Positions 43,955-54,681 of a stretch of 64,000 nt of DNA are shown here, piece after piece; position 1 is the first letter of the stretch, and each line of letters opens with the position of its first letter. This DNA is from an uncultured Methanomicrobiaceae archaeon. Lineage in GTDB: Archaea > Halobacteriota > Methanomicrobia > Methanomicrobiales > Methanoculleaceae. Location of the stretch: contig CAWGXH010000003.1 of NCBI GenBank assembly GCA_963826525.1, positions 128,001 to 192,000 of the forward strand, read 5' to 3'. The position numbers were made by a program, and so were the translations under genes. Below the pieces are notes generated by a model that ran no database searches, was not told the DNA's origin, and saw nothing but the letters and a program-made list of their open reading frames with translations.

Positions 43955-44317
43955 CTACCGCCGAAAGTCACGCTGCCCGGAGCGGCGGGTGGTACACCTG
44001 ACGAGCGACGCTACCGCTGCAAAGACCTCGTCCGTGACCCTCCCTTTCTTCCCGATGACGGCGGATCGCCGGATGACGATGGGATGCGCCGTCAGAATAT
44101 AACTCACCTCGAACATATCGAGGCCGCCCCGGGCGAAGTCGTCGAGCGAGAGCGGGACGCAGGGAACGTCGGAGGGCGCTCTGCTCGATACCGGGCAGAC
44201 GACGAGAGATCCGTCTTCGGATACCCTGAAAACGACTGCAGGGCGTGTCTTTGGGCTCGCGGCTCCATCGAGACGGAGACTGGCGAGAATGACATCTCCG
44301 GTGGAGAACTGTCCCAT
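43955..44317 (-). CDS. PemK/MazF-like protein
   Basis: GDVILA..KTRPAVV..VCPVSS..LDDFARGGL..SYI..KKGRV. Confidence 0.75.
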   Translation of the reverse strand: MGQFSTGDVILASLRLDGAASPKTRPAVVFRVSEDGSLVVCPVSSRAPSDVPCVPLSLDDFARGGLDMFEVSYILTAHPIVIRRSAVIGKKGRVTDEVFAAVASLVRCTTRRSGQRDFRR

Positions 44318-44422
44318 TACGATCTGAGTGGACGTCTGGAGAGAAAAGAGAATTGATCTCTCCCGGGAGACGACCGGCTGAATGCATATATAGGATGAGC
44401 GCGAGATTCCCCCGATCGACCT

Positions 44423-45020
44423 ATGGATTCTATGACTGGTGAGGGAGATGCGGGTATCGTCTTTCGGACGATAGGTGAGCGGCGCAGTATCAGGGAGTAT
44501 GAAGAGCGGGAAGTCCCGGAGGAGATGATCCGCCGGATCATCGGTGCCGGCGTCCAGGCCCCGACGGGCCTCGGTGTCCAGCCCTGGAGGTTTATCGTCG
44601 TCAGGGATGCCGACCTGATGCGGGAGGTCTCGGATTACTGCAAGGCGGCGATGATTGGGAACTTCGAAGAGACGACCGACGAGAACATACAGCGTTTCCT
44701 CTCGCTGCTCAGGCAGAAAGAGTTCAATATCTTCTACAATGCACCAGTGCTGATCCTCGTCCTCGGTGCTGTCGAGGATGATATGAGCCCGCTTGACTGC
44801 ACCCTCTGTGCCGAGAATATGCTGCTTGCCGCCTGGTCCCTCGGAATCGGGAGCTGCTGGGTCGGCTCGGCAGGCATTGTCCAGGAGAATCCGGATCTCC
44901 TGGAGCGGCTGGAGGTGCCTGACGGGTATGACGTTGTGGCGCCGCTGATCTTTGGGTATCCTGCAAACGTTCCGGCAAAGCCTGAGCGGCCGGGAGCCGG
45001 AGATCACCTGGGTCGGGTAG
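44423..45020 (+). CDS. Nitroreductase family protein (frameshift near 44990)
   Basis: RRSIREY, APTGLGVQPWRF, ENMLLAAWSLGIGSCW and FGYP; the natural end EPEITWVG* is in another frame. Confidence 0.9.
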
Positions 45021-45106
45021 ACTGGTTGCCCTCCGGAATATACGACCCTGAACGATCCTTTTTTCCCGACGGTTCGTCCCCGAAAGGGGAGCCTGACGGA
45101 CGACAC

Positions 45107-45557
45107 ATGGCTCTCGTTGTGCCGGTGGTTATAGGCCTTGGTGTGCTGGTTGCCGGATGCACAACATCTGGCGGAGATAACGCCACCACGCCGACCGCAT
45201 CTCCTACTGCCACCGAGACCGCTCCCCTGTGGAGACAGAGACTCCCGCCACGACCGCAACGTCGACCCCCCGGGAGACTGTTACCCTGACGACGCCCTCG
45301 ATGGTGGTAGAGACCACAGCAACCGCGACGCCGACGGAGAATGTGACGTCCGGAGAGGGAGGAAGCGTGACCGCGTCGATCTTATTGCGGAAAACCTCGC
45401 CTTTGACACGAGCACCATTACGGTGCCCGCCGGAGCGGAGGTGACGGTGAACTTCGAGAACCGTGATACCTTCCCCACAACCTCGCCGTCTACCAGACGT
45501 TCGCTACGCCGTCCACCCGACGATCATGACCGGCGACTTCGTCGCAGAGTGCAGTGA
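45107..45557 (+). pseudogene. Cupredoxin-domain lipoprotein, frameshifted and internally deleted
   Basis: VAGC lipobox, Thr-rich linker, AENLAFDTSTITVPAGAEVTVNFENRD.PHN, then almost directly VHPTIMTG; the Cys-containing middle is missing. Confidence 0.65.
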
Positions 45558-45600
45558 GGGCTCCTCACCCTCTCCTTCTCTGCCGGGTAAAACCGCTGTA

Positions 45601-46065
45601 TCACGATTCGAGAGTGAAGTCAACCTCGAACATCACGTACCGCGCCTCGTGCATCCCGGCAAAGCGGTATGCTCTTCGGGCGGTGAGGTTATCCGCATCG
45701 ACGTAAAGCCGAAGACCGACGACATCGTTCCTCGCCCTTGCCTCGTCCTCGACCGCCCGGTATAGCCGGGAGAACACGCCCCTCTGCCGGCAGTCCTTCC
45801 GTACGTAGACGCTCTGGATCCACCAGAAAAACCCGCAGCGCCAGTCGCTCCACTCAAACGTCACCATACACTGCCCGACGATGCCGTTGGTATTCTCAGC
45901 AACGAGGTAAAGCCCCTTCGTCGGGTCGTTCAGGACAGCCTCGACGCCGCTTCGTGCGACAATGGGGTCAAGTTCGCGTCCTTCGGTCTCCCACGCCGTA
46001 GCACGGTTATTCTCTGCAAGGATCTCCGTATCGGCCGGTTTTGCCCTTCTGAGCAGCAGCGTCAT
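45601..46065 (-). CDS. GNAT family N-acetyltransferase
   Basis: WIQSVYVRKDCRQRGVF and RLYVDADN..A..AY. Confidence 0.9.
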   Translation of the reverse strand: MTLLLRRAKPADTEILAENNRATAWETEGRELDPIVARSGVEAVLNDPTKGLYLVAENTNGIVGQCMVTFEWSDWRCGFFWWIQSVYVRKDCRQRGVFSRLYRAVEDEARARNDVVGLRLYVDADNLTARRAYRFAGMHEARYVMFEVDFTLES

Positions 46066-46219
46066 GATCGTTCACCAAACGGTAACTGTACACGGGTCGG
46101 AGAAGATTATGAGCGTTTCTCATCGGTCCTGCCGGGATTGCAGCGATGACCCGGGGAGTATGCTCCGGGAGATCTGTCGCCATAAATCCCAAATACCGCC
46201 GGGCAGTACGTGCTTCCCT

Positions 46220-46410
46220 ATGAACGGGACGATCTGGGTTACCCTGGATGATGGGACGAGCGAGGCAGCGATACAGGGAGTCGAGCGACAGGCGGCAGCA
46301 TCAGAGCCGTATGATATTCTGCATGTCGAGACCCCCCATGGGCGTGTCGACTGCCACTACTATTCTGTGCCCGGCTCTCCGAAGGGCGTGATCATGGTCG
46401 GCGGCGGATG
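46220..46410 (+). pseudogene. N-terminal fragment, probably of an alpha/beta hydrolase
   Basis: VETPHGRVDCHYYSVPGSPKGVIMVGG, then coding character is lost. Confidence 0.4.
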
Positions 46411-46586
46411 GCGTCTACCGCGAGGTGAAAGACCGGCTTGTCGATCACCTCGGGTGACCGCGACGGGCAGTGCGGTGCGCCACTGCAGGCTCCCGGAACT
46501 CTCCTCTGGCTCTTTCCGTGAGGTTAATGACTCAATCCTTCGAAACCGTTTAGCAGGTGAGGCCTCCAATGGCTCCGGTGGTACCG

Positions 46587-47712
46587 ATGAAACTACGTGA
46601 TTTTCAGCTGGAACGGTTTCTCGCAGAGTATGAGTTCCGTGCGCCGTATCTCCTCTGTGCGTCCGACTGCGAGACGGTCAGCGTCCGCGAGCTGACTGGC
46701 ACGGGAAGAGGGGGCTCACGAAGCACTCATGGACCTGCGGCTCGGCTATGCGGAGCCGATGGGCAGCCCTGCGCTCAGGGAAGAGATTGCAGAACTCTAT
46801 TCGACGATCTCCCCGGAGGAGATCATCGCCTTCAACGGAGCATCCGAGGGCATCCTGGCATACATGAACGTCGCTCTTTCAGCGGGCGATCATGTTATCG
46901 TCCAGTGCCCGGCATACCAGTCGCTCTACGAGGTCGCCCGCTCGGTCGGCTGCGACGTGACGATGTGGCGGATGGAGGAGCGGGACAAGGCGTGGACTCT
47001 CGACCTCGATCTGCTGCAGGAGCATATCCGGAGCACGACGAAGGCAGTCATCATCAACTCGCCCCACAATCCGACCGGTTACCAGATCCCGAAGAGCGAT
47101 TTTCTGGCGATCGCGGAGATCGCCGCCGATCACGGGGCGGCCGTCTTCTCCGACGAAGTCTACCGGTATCTCGAGCACCCGGGCACCGGGCGGCTTCCCG
47201 CCATGGCCGATATCTCCGAGACCGGGGTCTCGCTCGGGGTAATCTCAAAGGCCTTCGGCCTCGCGGGACTCAGGACCGGCTGGATCGCCACGCACGACCG
47301 GGAACTGCTCCGGAAACTCTCGGCATTCAAGGATTACTCGACGATCTGCAACACGGTACCCGGTGAGTTCTTTTCGACGCTGGCGCTCCGTCAGAAAGAT
47401 GCGCTGGTGGAGCGAAACCTCAGGATCGTCGGGAGCAACCTTTGCCTCCTCGAGCGGTTCTTCCGGGAGAATGGTGACCTGTTCTGCTGGTCACACCCTT
47501 CCGCCGGCTCGACCGCCTTCCCGGCGATCCTGCCCGATGGGAGTGCCCTGGAGTTCTGCATCAGGCTCGTCGACCGGCAGGGCGTGCTGCTGCTCCCCGG
47601 GACGGTCTTTGAGTATGACGACCGGCACTTCAGGATTGGATACGGACGGGCGGATATGCCGGCGTCCCTCCGGCAGTTTGAATGCTATATCGAAGAGCAC
47701 CTCCGCGCCTGA
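46587..47712 (+). CDS. Class I/II PLP-dependent aminotransferase (frameshift near 46700)
   Basis: MKLRDFQLERFL, NSPHNPTG, SDEVY and SKAFGLAGLRTGW. Confidence 0.9.
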
Positions 47713-47719
47713 TCCGGGT

Positions 47720-48409
47720 TCACCCACCTGCACGAACCTTCGCAAGGTCGCCACGTGCCCGGCAGGGGTCGTCACTGGCAAAGCCGTCGACGCCGAGTTC
47801 GTAGGCACGCCGCACCTCGGGGCTGTGGTTCAGCACCCACGGGATCACCAGGAGGTGCCGGTTGTGCGCCTCCCGGACGAGGTCTTCGGTGAGCAGATCG
47901 AACCGGGGCAGGATGGCATCCGCCCCGAGCAGGACGGCATCCCGGACGGGGTCGTCCCGTCGTGCGGAGAAGATAAGCCCCGCTCCGGCACCGGGGAGCA
48001 GTCTCTTTGCCGTCGCCACGCTCCGGTCGTGGAACGAAACGATGAAAAGATCCTCCGGCAGGTTCTCCAGCAGGACGGACGAGACCACCTCCTCGATCCC
48101 CGGCTCTTTGATCTCGACGATAAGCCCGGCCTCTCCTGAAACACGATCGAGCACCTCACCCAGCAGCGGTATTCTCTCTCCCTTCCCGGCGTCGAGCCCC
48201 TGTAACTCTTCAACGGTGAGCTCCCGCACCACCCCCGTCCCGTCGGTCGTCCGGTCGACGGTGGCGTCATGGATCACCACCGGTATCCCGTCCCGGCTCA
48301 GGCGGACGTCGATCTCAACGTAATCGGCGCACAGAAACCCTCTTTGTACTGCTGCAAGGGTATTCTCGGGTTCGAGGGCACGTGCACCGCGGTGTCCGAC
48401 GATGAACAT
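47720..48409 (-). CDS. Glycerophosphodiester phosphodiesterase
   Basis: GHRGA, PENTL, EIDV, HDATVDRTT and EIK. Confidence 0.95.
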   Translation of the reverse strand: MFIVGHRGARALEPENTLAAVQRGFLCADYVEIDVRLSRDGIPVVIHDATVDRTTDGTGVVRELTVEELQGLDAGKGERIPLLGEVLDRVSGEAGLIVEIKEPGIEEVVSSVLLENLPEDLFIVSFHDRSVATAKRLLPGAGAGLIFSARRDDPVRDAVLLGADAILPRFDLLTEDLVREAHNRHLLVIPWVLNHSPEVRRAYELGVDGFASDDPCRARGDLAKVRAGG

Positions 48410-48520
48410 ACCTCTCCTCCGGAGCCGGAGCAGATATACCTTGCCGCCGTTCCGGCACTCGGCCGTTCACGACCGGGCGTGTCAAAAGTGGATGGAACGA
48501 GGGCTCTCCCCGTGGCAGTA

Positions 48521-48715
48521 TCAGAGTTTCTTCTCGATCGCGATCATGATCGCGCCGGCGATGAGCAGCAGGATGATATCACTAATGTAGGGGATAGAGG
48601 AGACGACCGACTGGATAATGGAGGTGATATGGAAGAAGTCCTCGACTACTTTTAAGATGATGTATATGACGATGAGACCCCCGATGAGTTTTATAACGGG
48701 CGTGATATCTTTCAT
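48521..48715 (-). CDS. Small two-TM membrane protein
   Basis: 64 aa with two hydrophobic helices. Confidence 0.6.
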   Translation of the reverse strand: MKDITPVIKLIGGLIVIYIILKVVEDFFHITSIIQSVVSSIPYISDIILLLIAGAIMIAIEKKL

Positions 48716-49282
48716 GCATGGTAGTGGGGAATATTCGGTATTAAACTCTGTGCTTTGAGAATTTTGGAATCAAAGGGATATCTGATGAAATACGTGCTTC
48801 CTTGAACTCCGGTATGCATTCCGCCCTCTCTCTGGAGAATGCCCCTGGCCAGTGTACAAAACGTGAAGGTGCTCTCCTCTCCCGGGAGAGACGGTCGTGA
48901 CGCTTCGCGCCGGAGGAAACTGCACAAAATCCTGCACACGGAGAATGCATCCACCATCCGCCAGAAACGGTGCGCCCGGTACTCTATTCCTCCCGGAGCC
49001 GGTTGAACTCCGATTCCACGTCTTCGATCGTTCTCTACAACCGGTCGTCGAACCGTTCGAGTGCCCGGATCACTGCCGGTATTGCTCCGGTCTTCCGTGC
49101 TTTATCAATAAGCCGCTGTTTTGGTGCCGGGAAAATAGGTTAGGTCATGCGGCACCCGCTCGGACCTGAAAAAACAGGTCCGGCCAGGCGTGTGTATCCG
49201 CATATGCCGGAACGCCGTTCCGCCTGCCGAAGACGGGCCCTGATGACGCTCCGGCACTGTGGATTTGGGCTAATGTCCAACC

Positions 49283-49510
49283 TTATCGATTCCGGAGCCT
49301 ATTGAACTCCGATTTCACGTCTTCAGGAGTGTTGTACTGTTTATCTTCGTACTGGTTCAGCGCGTCGATCACCATCTGCGGGGAATTGTTATCCTGTGCG
49401 TGTTTGATCAGATCCTGCTTGCTCGCCGGATAATTGGCGTCGGACGTTTCGACCGCTATAATATCCGCATCAAGTTCCTTAAATGCCATCGATGACTGTT
49501 CTGCTGCCAT
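49283..49510 (-). CDS. DUF2795 domain protein
   Basis: NYPASKQDLIKHAQDN..DKQYNTPEDV. Confidence 0.8.
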   Translation of the reverse strand: MAAEQSSMAFKELDADIIAVETSDANYPASKQDLIKHAQDNNSPQMVIDALNQYEDKQYNTPEDVKSEFNRLRNR

Positions 49511-49943
49511 ATTCTCATCACCTCTTCTTCACACCCTGCATCGGATGCATGCGGTGGACAGGCTTTGTCGGACAAATACATTTCGGTCGGCGAGGTAACC
49601 GGGAAGGTCTTCGTTGATCCGATCGGTTCCGCACCGGATGCACCGCTGCACCGGCCGGGTGAGGACAGAAGTCCGGGTGCCGTCCGGTGCTGCCCCTCTC
49701 TGGGATGGTCAGGGAATGAATCAGCCTCTTTTCGCATCCGGATCGATCGCGTGGATGATGCGGAGCCTGCGGTTTTCTCATACTCTGATACGGGATGGCA
49801 CCTCGGGGTTTTTGGGTCTCATCCACCTGTCGGATGCATCCGGGGCCACCCCGAACGACCACATCAGGAGCGAGTGCCGGGGGGTCCTGGCTGTGATCCC
49901 GGGCAGGCATACTCTTCTTCGGTCACCAGCCGGAAAAAAGAGG

Positions 49944-50207
49944 TTATTTGACCCTTCCGAACTCCTGGCTCACGTCTGCAGCGGATAGGTACTGCTTGTC
50001 CTCGAACATCTGTAGCACTGCGATAACCGAATCCGGAGCATCGTTCTTCCTGGCATGGCTGATCATATCCTGCTTCCCTGCCGGATAGTCCATACCGCCG
50101 AGGTACTTCTGGAACGCGGATGCGCTCAGTTTCTCAACCGAAGCCGTCGCCTGTACCGACGCCTGACCGCCCTTCACCGATGGTCTCTCTTCTGCCATGC
50201 TTCTCAT
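49944..50207 (-). CDS. DUF2795 domain protein (paralog)
   Basis: QKYLGGMDYPAGKQDMISHARKN..DKQYLSAADV. Confidence 0.85.
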   Translation of the reverse strand: MRSMAEERPSVKGGQASVQATASVEKLSASAFQKYLGGMDYPAGKQDMISHARKNDAPDSVIAVLQMFEDKQYLSAADVSQEFGRVK

Positions 50208-50692
50208 CTCCTCGCATCCGGTGGATGCGCACCCTCACACCGGTTCAGATACCTAATACATTGCGGTCGATCCGGCTCTCTGTCGGGTATCTCGAGTTCT
50301 CACCCTCCTATGCAGATATCAGACCGCGGATGGGTGGCCGATGCACTGGGTTGGGTGTCCGCGGGCGTATCCGAAAAGGAGATTGCCGGAGAATGTTTAC
50401 TCTGCCCGGCACCGAGACCCTTATGCGAGGCGTGGCCACGGCGCTCGTACTTCCTGCTCGATTCAGTCGTCTCTCTTGGAACATTGCTCTCTGTCAAATG
50501 CTCCACGATAGTCCTGCTTCTTTGCCAGATACGTATGCCGGAGAGGTACTTTTTCAGCGCCCCGGCACCTGCCGATTCGACCGCCGAAAGACCCCGGCTC
50601 CGGAAGCGAAACGGAGAAGGCTTATTGGAACTGCTGCCGCACCAATAATCATCTGCCGATATCCCGCACCGGCATCCGGATAACGATCTCCC

Positions 50693-52894
50693 ATGACAGC
50701 ACAGCCACTACGCCCCGAAACCGGCCTTCTCCCGGCCATCATGCTGCTCTGTATTGTCATAGCAGGGATCTCTTCTGCAGGGTGCACCGCTGTGGCGGGC
50801 ACCGACAGTCTCCCCGTCCGTATCGGCGTCATGCTGCCGGAGAGCGGCTCTCTTGCCATGCACGGCCTGGATGAACTTGACTGGGCGGTGGATGCGATGA
50901 ACCGGCAGGGCGGTGTCGGCGGCCGCACGATCGAACTCGTCTATCGGGATACGAGCACCGGCAATATCTCCGCATACGCGGAAGAACTGGCCGGGCGTGA
51001 TGATATCGATATCATCATCGGTCCTGCGACAAGCGCGGAACTCATGCTTATCGCTCCTCTCGTCACGGGTCGAGGCAAACTCCTTATCTCCCCGAGCGCC
51101 ACATCGGGAATCATCACGGCCGAATACGAGGAGAACGACCGCCTCTGGAGAACCTGTGCCGCCGACGGCCAGCAGCTGAAGGCGGTCTTCCGGATCCTCC
51201 GGGAGAACGGCGTCAGCAACGTCTCGCTTATCACCGCGAATTCAACCTACGGAGAGACGTTTGCACGGATTGCCCCGGTAGCGGCCGCGATGAACGGGAT
51301 CCGGCTCACCGGAGCGGTATCCGTCGATGCGTCGGATGATTTTGCAGAGATTGCTCACGGATAGGAGAGGAAGAGCCCGATACCGTCGTTGCTGCCGTAT
51401 ACCCCGAAGAGGCGGCCGGGATCGCGGATGCGCTGCACGCGGCGGGCTCGTCTGCCGACCTCTTCCTGACCGATGCCGGCCGGTCGCCGTACCTGCTGGA
51501 GAGCCTGGGCGAGCGGGCGGAGGGCATCCGGGGCACGTCGCTCTCCTCCGATCCCTCGACCGGGTATGCCATCGCCTATGAGGAGACCTTCGGGGAGTCG
51601 CCGCCGCCGTTTGCCGCACAGACATACGACGCTCTCCTCCTCGCCGTCTATACCGCGGCACGGCAGGAGACGGCTCCGGCCGAACCGCTCGCCGACTCTC
51701 TCCGGTGGGTCGTCTCCGGCGACGGCATCACCAAAGGTTGGGATCCCCAGGAAGCGAGCGAGGCCGTGGCGATGATCCGTGCGGGGGAGCACCCGGTCGT
51801 CACCGGCGCCTCCGGCCCCCTCCGGTTCCCCGAAAAACCCTCCGCAGGCCCGCTCGTCGGATACTATACCCGTTGGGCGGTCGAAGGCGGGGTGTTCTGT
51901 GAGAGCACCCCGGTCCCCTCGGCGGACGTCTCTCCGGCGCTCCCCGGCCTCTCGTACGACCCGGCCGGCGGCAGTACCGGAGGCTGCCGGACGGTGATCT
52001 GGATGGTCTACCCGCTGGTGAAAGGTGACCGGTCGTTCGCAGACTCGGCGTACCGGGGTCTTTTCCGTGCGCAGGAGTCGAACTCCTTCGTCAAGCGGGA
52101 GTGCACCTACGACGATCTGCCGCTCCTCGATGCCGTATTCTCTGCAAAGAACTTCGCCGAGAAACCCGACCTCGTGATAACCGAGGGATTCCAGTTCACC
52201 GATTCCTCCCGGGCGATGGGCGGAGGCGAACCCCGATATCCGTTTCTTCACCCTCGAGCAGGCGAACTACGGCCTTCCGAATGCGTGCGATGTCGTGATG
52301 GTCCCGTACGGAGCCTCGTACCTCGCGGGCGTAATGGCGGCGAATCTCACGACGACGGGCAGGATCGGTGCGATCGCCGGTGCGCCGGTCTCCGTCATTC
52401 AGCCGTTCGTCGAAGGATTCCGTGCAGGATCGGAGGCGTATGATCCGTCGGTGGACGTCACGGTGCGCTACGTCGGCGAGAGTTTCGAGGGGTTCGGCAT
52501 GCCGGAGCGTGCGGATGCGATCGCCCGGGAGCTGCGTAGCGAGGGCGTCGACATCATCCTGATGATCGCCGGCGCCTCAAACACCGGGATAGTCGATGCC
52601 GTCCGGGAGACCGGGGACGTCTATCTCATTGGCGAGGACACCGACCAGTCCTACCTCGCCCCGAACCTCGTCGTTGCGTCGGTGGTGAAGCAGATCGACG
52701 TGATCGTCTACCACGCAGTGGAGGAGGAACTCTGCGGGGAGTTCACGCCGGGACGGGAGGTCTGGACGCTTGAGGACGGCGGCACCGGTCTTTTCATCTC
52801 TCCACGGTTCGATGAATACGCATGGGTCGTCACCGACTGGCGGGAACGGGCGATCGCCGCGGAGAAAGACTACCTGAAAACAGCAGTGCTCTGA
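50693..52894 (+). CDS. Substrate-binding lipoprotein: branched-chain amino acid (LivJ-like) domain followed by BMP domain; three or more frameshifts
   Basis: SAGC lipobox, IGVMLPESG, GPATS, ISPSATS, AAQTYDA; then KGDRSFADSAYRG, ASYLAG, IGEDTDQSYL and SVVK. Spans ORFs 50693, 51473, 51766 and 52295. Confidence 0.7.
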
Positions 52895-53047
52895 ACGGGG
52901 CGGGATGAAGCCTCACTGGCAGCCTCCCGCCCCGGAGTGTCGGGAACGGGTGGTTTTCTGCCCTTCCGGTGGAACCGGCCTTCTACCGTCACAATCCCGC
53001 GGCGGATTCCAAAGATATTTATTTTTCTCTCGTCTAAATGTATTTTC

Positions 53048-53167
53048 ATGGAAAGGAAAGGATTATTTGTTCTACTGGTCGCCATCACTGTGTTTGCGGT
53101 GCTGTTTGCCGGTACAGCCGGCAATCCCGACTATCAGGATGAGGATGCACGCACACAGTGCACTTAA
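53048..53167 (+). other. Short ORF consisting mostly of a signal peptide (remnant or small protein)
   Basis: MERKGLFVLLVAITVFAVLFAGT...; AT-rich TATA-like ATATTTATT upstream. Confidence 0.35.
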
Positions 53168-53311
53168 AACCTTCTTTTCCATAACAGGAACATATCTGGG
53201 AACAGATATTTAGGTGTTATGACTTGAAGTTCCCGGAAAAATCTCCTCTTCCTCTCAAAAAAGAACACTGTACATATATCGCTTCTCGCCGTACCTGATA
53301 TCGGACGAAAC

Positions 53312-53626
53312 ATGCTGAAAAAAACGTATATCAAAAGGTTCGGTGTCGTCTCGGTTGCAAAGTTCACGGCGGTGCTCACGGCGATGTACGGCTTGGTTCT
53401 CGGGATTATCGCTGCGCTCGGGGCAGGTGCGAAAGACGGCGTGGCTCGGTGCACCAGGCCTTGGGCGCCATCGGGACGGTCGGGTTCTGCGGTCGGGATC
53501 GTCGTGCTGGTTGTTCTTGCCATGGCGCTGGTCGGCTTCGTCACCGGTGCAGTCCTTGCCGTCATCTACAACATCGCCTCGAGGGCGACGGGCGGGATCG
53601 AGATCGATCTCGATATCACCGAGTGA
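53312..53626 (+). CDS. Small membrane protein (DUF3566-like)
   Basis: IKRFGVVSVAK...GFVTGAVLAVIYNIASRATGGIEIDL. Confidence 0.65.
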   Translation: MLKKTYIKRFGVVSVAKFTAVLTAMYGLVLGIIAALGAGAKDGVARCTRPWAPSGRSGSAVGIVVLVVLAMALVGFVTGAVLAVIYNIASRATGGIEIDLDITE

Positions 53627-53760
53627 ATATACCCGGCCAAAACGGCCCCACTCCTCTTTTGCCGCATCGCTGAGCCCCTCATACCTATGCAAGCCTCTCC
53701 CTGCCGCTCCTCGCCGCCGGTGAGCAACACTTAAGTAGATGGGGGCGAGCAGGTGGGGGT

Positions 53761-54679
53761 ATGGCAGCAGAACCCGAGATCATCATTCCCCTCGATGTGC
53801 CGAGGCGAGGCACGGGAGACCTACCGGGAGAACTACCGGAGAATTACCCACGGGACCGGGAGACTGATGCTCTTTGCCGGAGACCAGAAGGTCGAGCATC
53901 TCAACGCCGATTTCTACGGGGAGGGGATATCCCCCGACGACGCCGACCCGGAGCATCTCTTCCGCATCGCAAAAAGAGCACGGATCGGTGTCTTTGCGAC
54001 CCAGCTCGGACTGATCGCCCGTTACGGCAGCGACTATGCGGATGTGCCCTACCTCGTCAAGCTCAACTCCAAGACCGACCTTGTGAAGACCGCTCAGCGC
54101 GACCCGCTGAGCTCGGAACTGCACCACGTCCAGCAGGTCGCAGACCTCCGCGACCGGAGCGGACTCGATATCCTCGGTGTCGGATACACCGTCTACCTCG
54201 GCAGCGACTACGAGGCCGTGATGCTCTACCAGGCGGCGCAGATCGTCTACCGGGCACACCAGCACGGGCTACTCACCGTACTCTGGATGTACCCCCGGGG
54301 AAGAGCGGTCAAGGATGAGAAGGATCCGCACCTGATCGCCGGAGCGGCAGGAGTTGCGGCGGCCGTCGGCGCCGACTTTGCGAAGGTGAACGCTCCGAAG
54401 AAAGACGGCGTATCCGACGCAAGCCTCTTGAAAGAGGCGACGCTTGCTGCGGGGCGGACGAAAGTCGTCTGTGCAGGCGGCTCCCGCACGGACGCTAAAT
54501 CGTTCCTGCAGCAGCTCCACGACCAGATTCACCTCGGCGGTGCGGCAGGGAACGCGACCGGACGGAACATCCATCAGCTGGATCTCGACGAAGCGGTCAG
54601 AATGTGCAACGCGATCTCCGCCATCACGCTTGACGATGCAAGCGCCGATGCGGCACTCGCGATCTACCAGGGGCGGTGA
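53761..54679 (+). CDS. Class I (DhnA/archaeal-type) fructose-bisphosphate aldolase; frameshift near 53805
   Basis: MAAEPEIIIPLDVP/..FAGDQKVEH, KLNSKT, WMYPRG, ADFAKV (Schiff-base Lys), CAGG and GRNIHQ; TTAAGTA 24 bp upstream. Confidence 0.85.
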
Positions 54680-54681
54680 CG

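Noticed and set aside
44318-45259. Apparent 434-aa MazF fusion
   Set aside because: The upstream part is antisense to the nitroreductase; the MazF-like domain has its own ATG at 44317.
51355-51370. TAG/TGA stops inside genes (also 23290 and 30132) as possible pyrrolysine/selenocysteine readthrough
   Set aside because: Homology continues in a different frame, so these are frameshifts, not in-frame recoding.
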